Positions 38,864 through 51,391 of a stretch of DNA of 64,000 bases are shown one piece after another. The DNA is from Botryllus schlosseri (lineage: Eukaryota). A program made the position numbers and the translations under genes. Numbering within the stretch: the first letter of the stretch is position 1; every line of letters starts with the position of its first letter. The stretch lies in assembly GCA_051294905.1 (NCBI GenBank), contig CM119372.1, forward strand, positions 15,316,001 to 15,380,000, in the 5' to 3' direction. The notes under the pieces were generated by a model. It was not told the DNA's origin and made no database searches. It saw only the letters and a list, made by a program, of their open reading frames with translations.

Positions 38864-40131
38864 GACCAACAGAATCGACGTCAATAACCTTGTGGTGATG
38901 ACAGTTTCAAAATGCTCCGATATGACGAGACCAACCTCGATCTCCTGTGGCGATGACCGTTTCGAAATGTCGCCGGACGAACTGGACCCTTACGAAAGTG
39001 TGTAATATGCTTGCGTGTGAAATCACGAGGTAGTGTTCTATTGTGGTGTACGATTGCAGTCTTCATTCCACAGAAACACACCTTATTGGATCACAGTATC
39101 AGTCCGAGATTTGCACGATATTTATTTGGAGTCGTTATGTGGGAGTAGCGATATCCATGCATCGTGAATGAAAGACTGATCGCAATCATTTCGAGCACCC
39201 GTACTTCGATAGTTCACATTGGTCAAACGCTGCAGCAGAAAACTTCGGTGTCGACAACACGACGGATATTGACCGATGTATCCAATTAATCTGGGTGGTC
39301 TGTCCGGAGATAGGGTCATGACTATCTTGTAATGTTACAACGCGATAACACCATCGAATAAATCAGTGAACGGTGTCGAGATATCGATGTCATAGCGCGG
39401 ACTCAGAGTCATTGCAATGTGGCTTATTGGTATTGTTATCGGGTGTGATGACATTCGATCTACATCAAAACTACCGGCTATGATAATGTCTGTGGATCGA
39501 TGTTTGTATACCAACACATTGCATGCAATGTCACACACCTCCATTTACGCATATACTGGTGTGGGCAAACAAGCGCGACGTATGTCTGGATGGTATTTTT
39601 TCGTGGAAACACAGGGTGTAACATGTTTACTTTGAATATTGTTCATTGGTTTATCGATTCAGAGTTGATATCCGGATCCAGTTACGTACTTTATCAGAGT
39701 TTCCGATTTCAAACTGAATGTTGAGACATACATGACCAATAAAGACACAATATAGTAAACATGCGGGGAAAACTCGACCTGGAATTGTTATCGCGATGGG
39801 TGACATAAATCCAACCGTTTTCCGAACACCGTTATCCACATACCAACCATCGTCGAGGAGGTGTTTTATTCAGACATTTTGACTCTGGAAAATCCAAAGC
39901 ACGAACCCGGACATCACAGACCTATCGAAACCTATTGTCCAATTTCCCAAACATACATTTCGATATACAAGAGCACATTGCATGTGGGTAACCGATGATT
40001 TTGATGGGATGCACCAACACAAGTAAATATGCGATTGCACAAATGTATCGGAGTCGTTGTTGGTGTATATTTTGTCACTGCCCGTTGTAACAATATACAA
40101 AAATATCGAATTGTCGGGTGTGGTTGTCAGT

Positions 40132-40700
40132 TTTCAAAAACGAAAATGGTATTGTTACCTAGAGAAAAGATAGATTTCCAAGTGCAAACGGTATTGGTAC
40201 TCAGGTAAATGATAGTTTTCCAAACGAAACGGGTTTGTTACCCAGGGAGAAAATATATTTCCAAAAGAAAATTATTAGTTACTCTAGGTAAAAGTAGTTT
40301 TCCATGTGAAAATGGTTTGTTGCTGTAGGATAAAAATATATTTCCAAGTGAAAAAGGTTTGTTACCCAGAGAAAAAATATATTTCCAAGTAAAAAAGGTT
40401 TGTTATCCAGAGAAAAAATATATTCCCAAGTGAAAAAGGTTTGTTGCTCAGGGAAAAAAATATATTTCCAAGTGATAAAGGTTTGTTATCCAGAGAAAAA
40501 ATATATTTCCAAGTGAAAAAGGTTTGTTACCCAGGGAAAAAATAGATTTCCAAAGGAAAGGCGGCTTGTTACTCTTGGAAACGATAGACCCCCAAGTGAA
40601 AATGTTTTGTTACTCTGATTAAACGATAAATCTTCAAAGAATAACGGTATTTTTACTCAGGTAACGACTGACCTCCAAGTGAAAATGGTAATTTTACTTG
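40132..40700 (-). repeat. 41-bp tandem array, E2 right arm (one extra unit)
   Basis: Accounts for the 41-bp shift in mirror coordinates. Confidence 0.9.
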
Positions 40701-43700
40701 GGTAGGTATCGTATGTTTAGTGTCGTTGGTGTTGTTAAACGTAGCTGTCGAGTTGTACAATATACTTGTCGTGAGTCTACAATTACGAAGGGAGAGAATG
40801 AAATTGCTATTATGAGTGCCAGAAGGTTGTTGTATGTAGATTTGACAGTAACCCTATCATTCGCATATGACAAACACAATCATGGCCATTAACTAACTTG
40901 CTCGGTCTCGATCAATGCAAAAGAGATGATTCGTTTTTTGAAACCGTAGCGAAGACCACATGTAAATCTATGCGATAGACTTCTATCTCCTTACATTCAG
41001 TCGTGTCGTGTCCATTTTAATACGGATCCCACATGTATGACATGCACACACTAACGCCGTAAACAGAAGTCGATGATTTTGATTAATAAAAATATTTCTT
41101 GACTACGTCGGAATGTCTATGTTGTAGAAAGTAAATACTTTTATGGTGTTGTGTGTTTAATGAAAGCGATTGGTTACAAGTATGTTTTGGCGGAATAAAA
41201 TTTATTTTTCTGTATGTGACAGTTTGTGAGGAAATGAAAATAGATTCGTGGTTTTAATTGAATTGCGCTGTTTTAATGTACGTTTCAACAGGTAGACTTG
41301 ACACTGAACAACAATTCGACCCACAAAACATATTCGTTGTATGATTTGTCACTGGTGTGTAAAGGGTTAGGAATATTTTGAATGATAATATCTACTAGTT
41401 GTTTTGTTGCTAGGCCAATCACTTGATGACTCAGCACTTTTCGTTAGCAAACTAGATTGATTTGTGTGTAAGATGTAAGCACCGTAACTAGAAAACATAT
41501 GTACTCTGTTGTTGGAGTAGCTGATTTACTGCTATGGTGTTGACATAACCCTCTGGAAGTGAGTATGCTTTTCTTTCACGAAAGTTTACGTGGCTCCGTT
41601 GTAATAAATTTGTGTTGACTATACTCGGATGGATACTGCAATTGTGCTGGACTTACACATGGTATTCGCATACTGTACACATACAAACTTTTGTGTAAAC
41701 AACTCTCTGATGTTTCTGTTAGTACTAGTTCTGTGTTGAACTATTTGATTATTAAGATACATGAACACCCATTCAGACAATAAAATTCTTGTGATATCGA
41801 AAGAGTTTGAAAGCACCACCAATCATTGCGTATGTTCGTAGCATGAGCGAATATTTTCATGTGTCGTGAATATCTTTCGTATACACTTAGTATGAAATGA
41901 GATGTGTGGAACAATAATTAGTGTCGTACAAAGTGTTGTGTTTGATTGCCTACTTTTTATCAATGTATTTGGGATGTTAAAAGACGACTGACTTTACATT
42001 TACATTAAGCGGAGAAACTCAAGTAATAAATTTTACTCGTTTGAAAATATCGATCAATGAAGTAACAGTATCAATATGAGTGGTATATTATTTTTCGCGA
42101 TATGCAACAAACCTTCTAAGTAAACTTGTCAAAAATTTATCATGTCGTAGTCGGTTGTTACGAATTCGAAAGAAATGTACTTCGATTATCACGATGATGG
42201 AAATTAAGATCAACGCAGTATTTCGGCGGTGGGTGTGCATCGTTTGGTATGTTCAGCAATCACTAAATGACCAAAATATCAAACTGTGCATACAACTCGG
42301 TTAGTTAAACGATAGAGTTACAAGTCGGATGTAATCTCGATTTACAGATGACAGCTTGATGATGTAAAGCTCAACCACTCAAATGTGTTTATTACAAAGT
42401 ATTTGACGCAAACAAAATATCGACTGAAGACTTCGGTTTCATTACCAAGCTAGTGAAAATTGTTTTCTATTGGATGGATATGATTTACCTTTAGAAAAAC
42501 GATATAGACCGATTAAGCGACGCTGTTTCATATCCGTCGAGTGAGTAAAATTTCTTTGGAGTTCGGTTTAGTGAGATAATTGTTAGGGATTCAATCACAT
42601 ACAAGTAACGTCTTTTAGTGACAGAGTATTGTGATGACATTTACTCTAGCAATGACAACGGAAAAATTTTCGATTGCATTGTCGGTGTATGTGTTAGACA
42701 AATAATTCTAGTACACCTAACTATAGGATGCATTTAGCAAACATCGTACAAATTGGTTCGTTGTGATGGTAACGACTTTCAACGGTTTGGTTTCATGTCG
42801 GGGAATTATTATTTGGGGGTTCAAAAACAATCAATACTACAAATGAACAACAATGCAAAACACGTTAAGTGAATTACAGTGTAGCAAGTACTTCATTGAT
42901 ATTACGATTGTTGTGTACCAGACATTTCTAACCGAATTGAATGCATCTAGCAAACATATTCCAATTTGTTTTTTGTAATGATCAAAGTGTGTGAAATGGC
43001 GTGAACGGATTAAGCATTAATCAAGCGGCGATATGTCAATTCACCTAGTGTGATATCTTGACACCGGGAAATGTGCGAAAGTGTTTCAATTCCCACCGCA
43101 TATTACGACGATAAAGTATTGTACCGGTTATTGTTCAACAAAGAAAATTGTTGTTTCATCTTTAGTCTTGGTTACTGGAGACAATTATATTTGTAAATTA
43201 TTTCCTGATTTCCACAATACGCTGCGTGGTTTTTACGAACACGGCTTAATCTTCCCAACCAAAACATTTCAGACATGTTAATCTAGTTTTACAAATCGAT
43301 ATGTTAATAACAATGTTTCTGAAAAGTTTGTTGGTATCGTAATAACCTTCAACACAACCCTGGTCTAATAATGTCATAATTTAATAATCAAGTAATGATC
43401 GACTATTACAAATCTCATATGTCAAATCAATGCGTCAATCCTTTTGTCCACAGCATGATAACTTTGAATATAACACCATCGTTCGATTGTAAGAATTCTC
43501 AACTACGTTGGTCAGACATTCAAATCTCGTATACTCAAATGTAATGTGTTAATCTCAAACCGCGCGCCAAGTAGTAATTACTTCATCTTACAGTTGAATA
43601 AAAAATATGGGATATGGATACAACTGAGTTGGTATGTTTGTAGGTTGTAGTGATTACTCGCGTAGTCTTGTCTACTTTTCATACGGACACTTTTTGTTTT

Positions 43701-44286
43701 GGTTTGGTGAGTTACTACAAACGGATTGACTTACCAAGGTTTTTGTATTTTACTCGTTTGTGCATGGCGAGATGTTAAAATGTTGAGTTGTCATAGTGAT
43801 AGTATTTCTAAAACTCTATTTTACAAACGGAAACGGAGTCGTGAATAGAGTTGTCAGTTTCAAGGATTGTTTCAAAGTATGATCTTGAAATGTGACTGGA
43901 TCAAAGTTGGTAGTCATGTTTGTCAATATATTTCAATTCACGCAATGTCAAAGTCCAAATATTTCATTCTGGATTATTTGGATTTACCTTTAGTACATCC
44001 CGCGAATGGATTTAAAGTTGGCAAATTACCAAAATGATTGAATATTATCGGGTTAGAGATAGTTGGTATTGATTCTATAAGTGTTAAAACAGCGGCGTGG
44101 AATGTGTGAATGATCCGATGCGGGTGAATGTTGGCGTCAGTAATATTCAGGTTACGTTCGATTCAACAGATCGCGTTAATAGGATTTGTCAAAGGATTTG
44201 AGTTGGGTCGAATCAATACATTCAAATACGATTCAACTCGATTTGTGTAGTGAGTTACATTTCAAGTTGACACTTTACCAAACGAT

Positions 44287-44901
44287 ATGGCATCGAACAG
44301 CATCATTAACACTATGCAAGTCGGAGCCGCTTCAAATTTTCACGTCGGCGTCAAATTCGTCTCATCACCCAAAAGAGGTGGCGTTAGCCAATATATCAAA
44401 GGTATATTCATCGACGGTAATAACGAAGAGATATCTTTCACGTGTTTCAATCGTGAATTGTTCGGGGTCGTTGAGAAAGCATTCTCCAGACGAAAAAAAC
44501 TCATGGTCAAATCCGGTTGGATCCAAATTGACAAATTTACTGGAAAACCTGCTGTATTACTGGGACGGGCTTCGTCAGTAACCATACATGGAAAATCGAG
44601 ACATACGACTGAAGAATACCCATTATTGACCTGTGAATCGGTATACGGAAATAAAGATGAATACGTCTCGATCGCCGCTACTTGTGTTTCTCGAGAGGAG
44701 AAGATGGTCAATTCTGGTGCCGGAAAGGAGTTGAAATTACACAGTTTTACATTGAAGGATGATACTGGTGAGGTGGTTTTGGATCAATGGAACAAAGCCT
44801 CGCTCGTACCCGGGAAGAAATATCAACTCACTCGTGTTAAAAACTGTGTCGGCAGATTGAAAATCGATCAGTTAACTAGACTTGTCGAATTGAAAGAATA
44901 G
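44287..44901 (+). CDS. Putative tandem OB-fold (RPA-like) ssDNA-binding protein, 204 aa, copy 2
   Basis: Identical translation to 33021-33635. Confidence 0.68.
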   Translation: MASNSIINTMQVGAASNFHVGVKFVSSPKRGGVSQYIKGIFIDGNNEEISFTCFNRELFGVVEKAFSRRKKLMVKSGWIQIDKFTGKPAVLLGRASSVTIHGKSRHTTEEYPLLTCESVYGNKDEYVSIAATCVSREEKMVNSGAGKELKLHSFTLKDDTGEVVLDQWNKASLVPGKKYQLTRVKNCVGRLKIDQLTRLVELKE

Positions 44902-47514
44902 TTTGCATATTTGTATATCGCAATACAATATTTCATTTCACGTAAATGTATGACCTATGTGATTCGACAACTGGGTTAGCGCGGTGTTGTTCTACTGATC
45001 GAGGTGTGAAAATTGTGCTATCGCGATGAATCTGTGACTATGAACAGCAGACTATTTTGTAGGCGCGAAACAGTGAATAAGCCGAAAATATTATTCAGGT
45101 AGCAATCAATAGCGAGGAAAGAGAGAACACGATCGGTCATTTGATACGACTAAACTACGACATCATATATCATAATTTACGATCAAACTATTTCGCACTG
45201 AATGGAATAGTGTAATAATCGATAGTAGCGGCTGGACGAGAAATAATTCAGCGCACAGGTCATTCGAAATATAGGTCGCACGCACTGCTTAATCCTCACG
45301 ACAAACCACGTTTCCGTTTGCGCGGTTATTGTTGGTGACTCGTACATATTCAACACCGCGCGAGAGATGCCTGAAAGTGCGAATCACGACCGCACCCATA
45401 AGAACACATGGTGAATCACCACAGATCCCGTAAGAATACACGACAGGCGAATCGCCGCAACCGCCTATAGCAAAAAAGGCGAGTCACGACCACGAGTTTT
45501 CACGGCGAATCACGACCGCGGCCTATACCCGAAAAGGCGAATCACGACCGCACCCATAAGAACACATACCGAATCACCAACACAGCCTATACGCGAAAGT
45601 ACGACATGCGAAAGTACGATGTGCGAGAGATGCCTACACCCGAAAGTACGATATGCCGACGCACCCATAAGAACACATGGCACCTCACCACCCCCGCCAT
45701 AAGACACAATGGCACCTCACCACCCCCGCCATAAGAGATAAGGGTCACCTCACCACCCCCGGTTTTCAGGCACCTCACCACCCCGCCCATAAGAACCCTA
45801 TAGCCCGTCACGACCGATCGACTATACTACTCACAAGTACAGGTGAAAACATCCACCCAATGGTAGGGACTGGGGGTGAAGCCCCCGGAAGTTTGACTTA
45901 TCGCCCTGTGGGGATCCCAAGACCAGCGTCTTTGGGGATGGGCTGACGAAGTGCTTTTTCGGCTCGGATTTGCGGATGGGCGGTATAGCTGCTGTAATGT
46001 GTTTTCTTGCAGCACGCATTGTATTCGTATAGGTAGTTGCCAGAGTAGCCTGCGTCTGGTGGCAGTGGGCAATGAGCAATGTAGCACGACAAGGTGCTTG
46101 GTTCGACTCCGATACCCTTCATCGCTCGATATTGTCAAAGAGAAGACTATTATTAGAGTTGGCGTGGTCGGTTAAACCGACGGCCTTCGGCGCGAAAGAC
46201 TGTAAAGGACTCTCGGCGGTAGCACGTTTATCTGGACAAGGCAATTTTACCTCGACTCGGCAGACTCACTACCATAAAATCACGTGGATGCCATCATGAA
46301 TATAATTAAATACGATCAAAACCCTCTAAATATCGCTCTCTAGCACCATATAATTGCAAAAAACGGTTGCATACTTTACATTTTGGCTTCATTTCAATTT
46401 TGAAAGTTCACCGGTCCGCCAGACATTTTTTGAATTTTTACCGGTCCGCGAGGTGAAAAAGGTTGAGAACCACTGACCTAAATTACTTATGTTACTTGAA
46501 TGTACCTGTGTTTATTGGTTATTCCTGTTAGTGCTATACCGCAACGCCACTAAATACTATCGGAGTTGATGAGACATTTGACTTTGTGCACTAACTCGGC
46601 TCATTAGTGCTCAAACTCACATATGAGAATTGAACAATTGGCAGCTTTGCGTGCTAATAGCGAGCTCCTGGAGAATCAGCAGTGTGTTATCCTCTACAAA
46701 TGTACTTCAAAGTTTGTTAAAAAACGAAATCAGTCAGATATTAAACAACCGCTCGAGTTTAAACCTGTTAATGCATTGCAGTTGCACCAATGACGTAAAA
46801 AAGATTTATATTAGACAAACTTACATTGATTCACACTGCACCTATTATTTTTGCTATTCATACCTTCCGAGAACTCCGTATCTACTTTTCACACTACATG
46901 AGCATTGTCCAAGCCTACTCTTTTCTATTTCTACTTGAAGTAGTTTGGACAAGTTTTGGGGATTGCTGTTCATACTTTAACTTGATTTAGTCACAATAAC
47001 TACAGGTTCAATACTTGTGGTAATATTGACATGATCTAAAATTTAATTCTGTCGATCATGAATGATGACACTCGTCACGTATGGCTGTCGACCCGGCATG
47101 AGCAATTGAACATGAAGTGTCAAATATGTTCCAGCGCAGTGGTCCCCAAAGTGGTTGCCAACGCCCCTGTATGTGTTAGCGACCTGGAATATGGCGCTCG
47201 CTACAAACAGAGCGATGAAGGATGGCGTTCTGCGCTATAGAAATATGTTTGGGAAATCCGTCAATCAATAGTTCCGTTTGTGCGCTGTGAACATGTATAT
47301 GTATTGTATATGTATATATATGAATATGATTTTGGTCACGTCTTTCGCGACGTACAAAGCGTATCCAATCGGACATGGTCATTAGTCAGCATCGTACTGC
47401 ACGGATGTTAATTGTTATGCAACAATCAGTTTTCTAACCAATAAATTAATAAATAAATAAATCAAATACCGAACAGAATTATATTAGCCAGCGAGGTCTT
47501 TCGAGCGGCTAGAG

Positions 47515-47834
47515 CAGTGGTTCTCAACCTTTTTTAAGACACGCCCCCCTTTATGATAGTGAACAATTTCGCGCCCCCCCCCCCCCCTTATCGTCATCTC
47601 ACAAAATCCAACCGGGATGCTAGCAACCCCAACAGATTGTTTGATGGCATGGAAGGTTATGACTGTTGATAAGATACTTTTAAAAAAATATGAAATTCGG
47701 TCTAATTATAGAGAAACACGCGTGAATTGGAGGTAAATCGCGCAGAGAGCAAAATATTTTTCTAGTTGACCGCTTCTTCGCGCCCCCCCCCCCCTTCAGA
47801 TGCTTTTACGCGCCCTCCTGGTTGAGAACCACTG
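47515..47834 (+). mobile_element. hAT MITE
   Basis: TIR CAGTGGTTCTCAACC / GGTTGAGAACCACTG; perfect TSD GGCTAGAG. Confidence 0.93.
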
Positions 47835-48206
47835 GGCTAGAGCGTAGATCCTGAACACCCAGCGGTCTACTTTTTAACATCGAGGATGGAGTTTTTAATG
47901 CTTACGTGCCACAACGAGACACGATGTGGTGTTAGTAGGGAAGTTGCCTTTTATTTAATTCCGACCTCCCTGTCCTTACTAAAGAGTTGTGACGGACAAA
48001 ATGCATACCTTGATGACTATGAATTAGATCAACCTACAATGGTCATAATAAGCGTCAACGTAGTTTGTATATGCAATAAGCATAACATGTTTTTGAGGGA
48101 TCAGGAGAGTATGGTACCTGAAATGTTGTCCAAAGTGAAATGTTATGTAAAAAGATTTGGTGAATACTGTTCTGGCGTATCTAATAATTCTCGCTTGTTA
48201 AAATAT

Positions 48207-48880
48207 GATACTGTCTTTGTTATGTCAGAATATACAAGAGACCAAAAATAAATTACAGTTTGGGTCGACAGTTGCAGTGAAGAACACAATTTTTCTACGA
48301 ATATTACGGGAACATGGGCTATATGGCAGGAGCGCCTTGACCATGGGTGTTAAACACAACTTGATTTATGTTTGGTGTACTGTATGATATCCGGAGCTAC
48401 TGAGCACATCTAAACATAGATGTGTGCCATGGGTAATTCCAGGTGTATTATTACGTGTCTGGTTATAATGTGGGTTTCACCATATTGTCACGGAAACAAG
48501 ACACGAATCATATTCTCACCGTGTTCTGGGACTAGGCGTTCCATGCATTAAATAATCCCAACGTGAGCTGGAATCCCTGAGTGCTTAGTGGATCTGTCAC
48601 AGAACCAGATTTCTATACATACCTTTTTGAGCATTGTAATATGCAATTTGAATCCGTCATTTGCGGAGATTGGTACCGCTTCAAAATTGAAGAAGATGTG
48701 CGGTTTTTTAGAGCAGGATAAAAACATCCGATTGTTTGCACTGCAAAGATAATTTCTCAATTTAGTACAAAAAATAGGCTTATAGATGCTGCATTCCGGA
48801 CACGATTCTAAAATTCTCGACTTCGATTGGGCTTCATAGGATTGGAGGAGGGGTATTCGGCTAATTTTGCCTGACACGAT
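48207..48880 (-). repeat. Dispersed repeat, probable LINE 3' fragment; uninterrupted paralogue of 55207-57676
   Basis: Aligns with 55207-55459 joined to 57261-57676. Confidence 0.65.
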
Positions 48881-48929
48881 ACCCGTGGTAGCAAAGAAAA
48901 GCCAAGAACATTTTGAGTACTAGGCCTAC

Positions 48930-49099
48930 CTGGTTATGGGCAATCGTGCTAGGCATGTTGGACTCAGTGCCAACTTACGATTGTCATGAAACCTTTCAGA
49001 GTATTGGTAGGGAGCGAATGACGAAACGCAGTTTATTGTCATATCACCAGTATCAGCATCGTTACCACCGATGTGCCTATGGAGATGATGTGGCGTCAT
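48930..49099 (-). CDS. Candidate degenerate WSCD-like exon (N-half of first WSC domain)
   Basis: AG/GT-bounded open frame ...INCV...FHDNRKLALSPTCL...; ends in phase 2, matching the 31186 exon, but its start phase conflicts with the 51162 donor. Confidence 0.35.
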
Positions 49100-49293
49100 C
49101 TGCACGTGGAACAACATTTGAATGATTACGTTATTGCCAGATTCAGACGTGATGATGCGGAATGAATTTCAGTGTTGGATTATGACTTGGCTTCGAAACC
49201 TAAACCCAGAAAAGGAATTGACATTTCCAAGATAAATCGGCACCCTGTGCACAACAGCCATGAATCGTGCTTCGTTTATATATTGGTCTATGG

Positions 49294-50176
49294 CAGGGGC
49301 GGGCAACATACGTCCCGCGGGCCTGATCCGGCCCGTGAAGGGATTTTGTCTGGCCCGCGGACAGTTTTCCGTCTTACAAGATAAAGGGGCCCGCGGCCCC
49401 AGTCTTCCGAGATTCCCCACTACTTGCTTACATACGTCAAATTTTAGTGCCTGTATGTCATTACTCATTATACACATGTATGCGCAGCGAGCGAGGGTGG
49501 AGCTTATACGCGTAAGTTCGTCGAATCGAGAAGACTTATCGCCTTATCGGCATTTACGATGTACTCAACCCAAATGGCATTTGTGGTAATCATGGTTTTT
49601 GTCGACTAATGGTCATTTACACCAGGCCGATATTTCTTATTTTTGATTCCGCAACCGTCGACCTGTAGCACGGCACACTTCTATAGGCTTCTGTAAGACA
49701 TCGCTTATGCCAGGGGTCGCCAACTCAACACGGGTCTGGGCCACTTTCAAATTTCGTAGAGGCCGCGACCGCATGAATTCAATATCGAGATAAAAATAGG
49801 CCTCACAGTTGAACAACCTCGCTATCTCGTCACCTACTAAACCCTAATGAATTGATATCTTGGTAAATTTGGGGTACCGGGCTTATCGAATGCCTTGAAA
49901 TCTTAATTAAGGATTTCACCGTGTGTTGATTGATCAGAGAGAAGCAGACATGGTGGTGCCTGTATGACAATGCTGTTCTCAAATCCACATTGTCTTCGTC
50001 ATTATTGGCGAGAAATGGCTTTGAAGTTACATTGCTGTCGTTGAAATTCAGTCATTAAATACGATTTATTCCTTGTATATATGGATAAATGGGCGAATAA
50101 TGTTCAGCAATCCGACCCGCCAAGTTCCTAATTTTCCTATGTCCGGCCCGCCGACTGGAGAAGTTGCCCGCCCCTG
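49294..50176. mobile_element. hAT MITE (composite)
   Basis: TIR CAGGGGCGGGCAAC / GTTGCCCGCCCCTG; TSD GTCTATGG. Confidence 0.9.
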
Positions 50177-50337
50177 GTCTATGGTCTATGGTCTATGGTC
50201 AATTTGCCACTATGGGAAGCTTCCACTCGGAACGTTGGCGCAACGATAATTGAATCGATGGTGGTATTTTTATCTCCTTAACACCCGAATATTGAGTATG
50301 TACAAAAAGTCCGAATTGTCCTCGCCTGCCGCAGAAC

Positions 50338-50764
50338 TAGGGTTGCATTTAAAACAAAAATCAATTTTAAAAAGACATGTTTAAAACAAGGCCCTAATTT
50401 AAAACAAGTTTTTATTGTTTTTCATGGTTTTTTTAAAGAAATACGTCACAAATATTCAATTGTGACGTCATAGTTGATTGGCATTGACAATTGAAAATAA
50501 AGGGTAAAAATAGCTCCTTTGACGAAATATATGTACTATTGCTGTTGAACCGACTATTTTGAGGGCTCCAATCATCCTATATCGATATACGTCGGCTACA
50601 TCGGGTGGTAATTGTCCGTAGGCTCATACAACATGCATTTTTAAAGTATTGACATAATTATGGCATAATTTTACAGCTTGAAAAATACGTCTTTTTTTAA
50701 AACACTGTTTAAAACGCCTTAAAGAAAGTGTTTTAAAACACCGTTTGTTTTAAATGCAACCCTA
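50338..50764. mobile_element. hAT-like MITE
   Basis: TIR TAGGGTTGCATTTAAAACAAA / TTTGTTTTAAATGCAACCCTA; TSD CGCAGAAC/CACAGAAC. Confidence 0.88.
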
Positions 50765-51161
50765 CACAGAACAGTCGCTCGTGGGACACATTTTGCTCGT
50801 TTGTTTGTTTTTGGTATTCATGGTGTTTGTCGAATACAATGGTCATTTACACCGAGGCCGATATTTGTTATTTTTTGATTCCGTTGCTGCTGGCTTGTAG
50901 CACGGCCCACTTTTAGGCTTTTTAAAGACACCGATTTAACGGATGAGATGGCGAGGAGGAGCGTGTAGATAAACCTCTACAGTTTGCCCACCTCTGACAA
51001 AACGTGTAATCCATACATAATAACCCTTCGTGCACGCGCCCGTTGCCATAATTTTATTTTTGAATTGTGCCGGAAGGTAAATTCAGTGATGATTATTTTT
51101 ATTCCGATTTTCGAAGTCTCTGGAATGACCCGTGGTCAACTGTTCATAAACGGTAGCGTAC

Positions 51162-51391
51162 CTCTGCATCGATATTGACCGTCCCCTTTGTAACTCCAAC
51201 CTCTTTTATCGGCGCTAAACTTTTTCTGCCTACTTGAAGATTTGGAAAACGGTGGACTTCGCTGAAGATTTCCGCTGTTCCGAGGATATTCCACAGTGGT
51301 TGTTTTCTTTTTATCGTAGCAACATGACTGCTGAAGTACGAATGGTAAATGTTCCTTATTGTCTTGAACTAATTCGCTCCGTCGAATCGTC
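51162..51391 (-). CDS. Probable WSCD-like stem-region exon
   Basis: AG/GT-bounded open frame joining exon 51644-51556 in phase 2. Confidence 0.55.

Larger units (their letters stand above)
32091..45831. mobile_element. E2: giant palindromic non-autonomous Polinton/Maverick-like element (13.7 kb)
   Basis: Same 17-bp terminus AGTAGTATAGTCGATCG as E1; perfect 6-bp TSD CACAAG (32085-32090, 45832-45837); arms 32091-38481 and 39400-45831, 918-bp spacer. Confidence 0.88.
39400..45831 (-). repeat. E2 right arm of 6.4-kb inverted repeat
   Basis: All track ORFs in the arm are mirrored with identical translations. Confidence 0.97.
31385..46475. mobile_element. hAT MITE (about 1.35 kb) split by insertion of E2
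   Basis: TIR CAGTGGTTCTCAACC (31385) / GGTTGAGAACCACTG (46475); perfect TSD ACCTAAAT (31377-31384, 46476-46483). Confidence 0.9.

Noticed and set aside
42461..42499. NACHT/ATPase Walker B-like FLLDGYD
   Set aside because: No Walker A found upstream and the frame is short; insufficient support.
9685..45831. Palindromes as fold-back read or assembly artefacts
   Set aside because: Each is bounded by a perfect 6-bp TSD with unique sequence resuming on both sides. E2 splits a MITE whose halves and TSD match, and the arms carry small differences. Read-level confirmation is still advisable.
32091..45831. Classification as a Foldback/Galileo, Mutator or Helitron element
   Set aside because: A 6-bp TSD with AGTAGT ends fits Polintons. 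P/Galileo and Mutator elements usually make 7-11-bp TSDs, and canonical Helitrons make none.
45827..46299. Cluster of overlapping 74-103-aa ORFs right of E2
   Set aside because: They lie in GC-richer MITE interior (partly similar to 548-632) and show no coherent coding signal.
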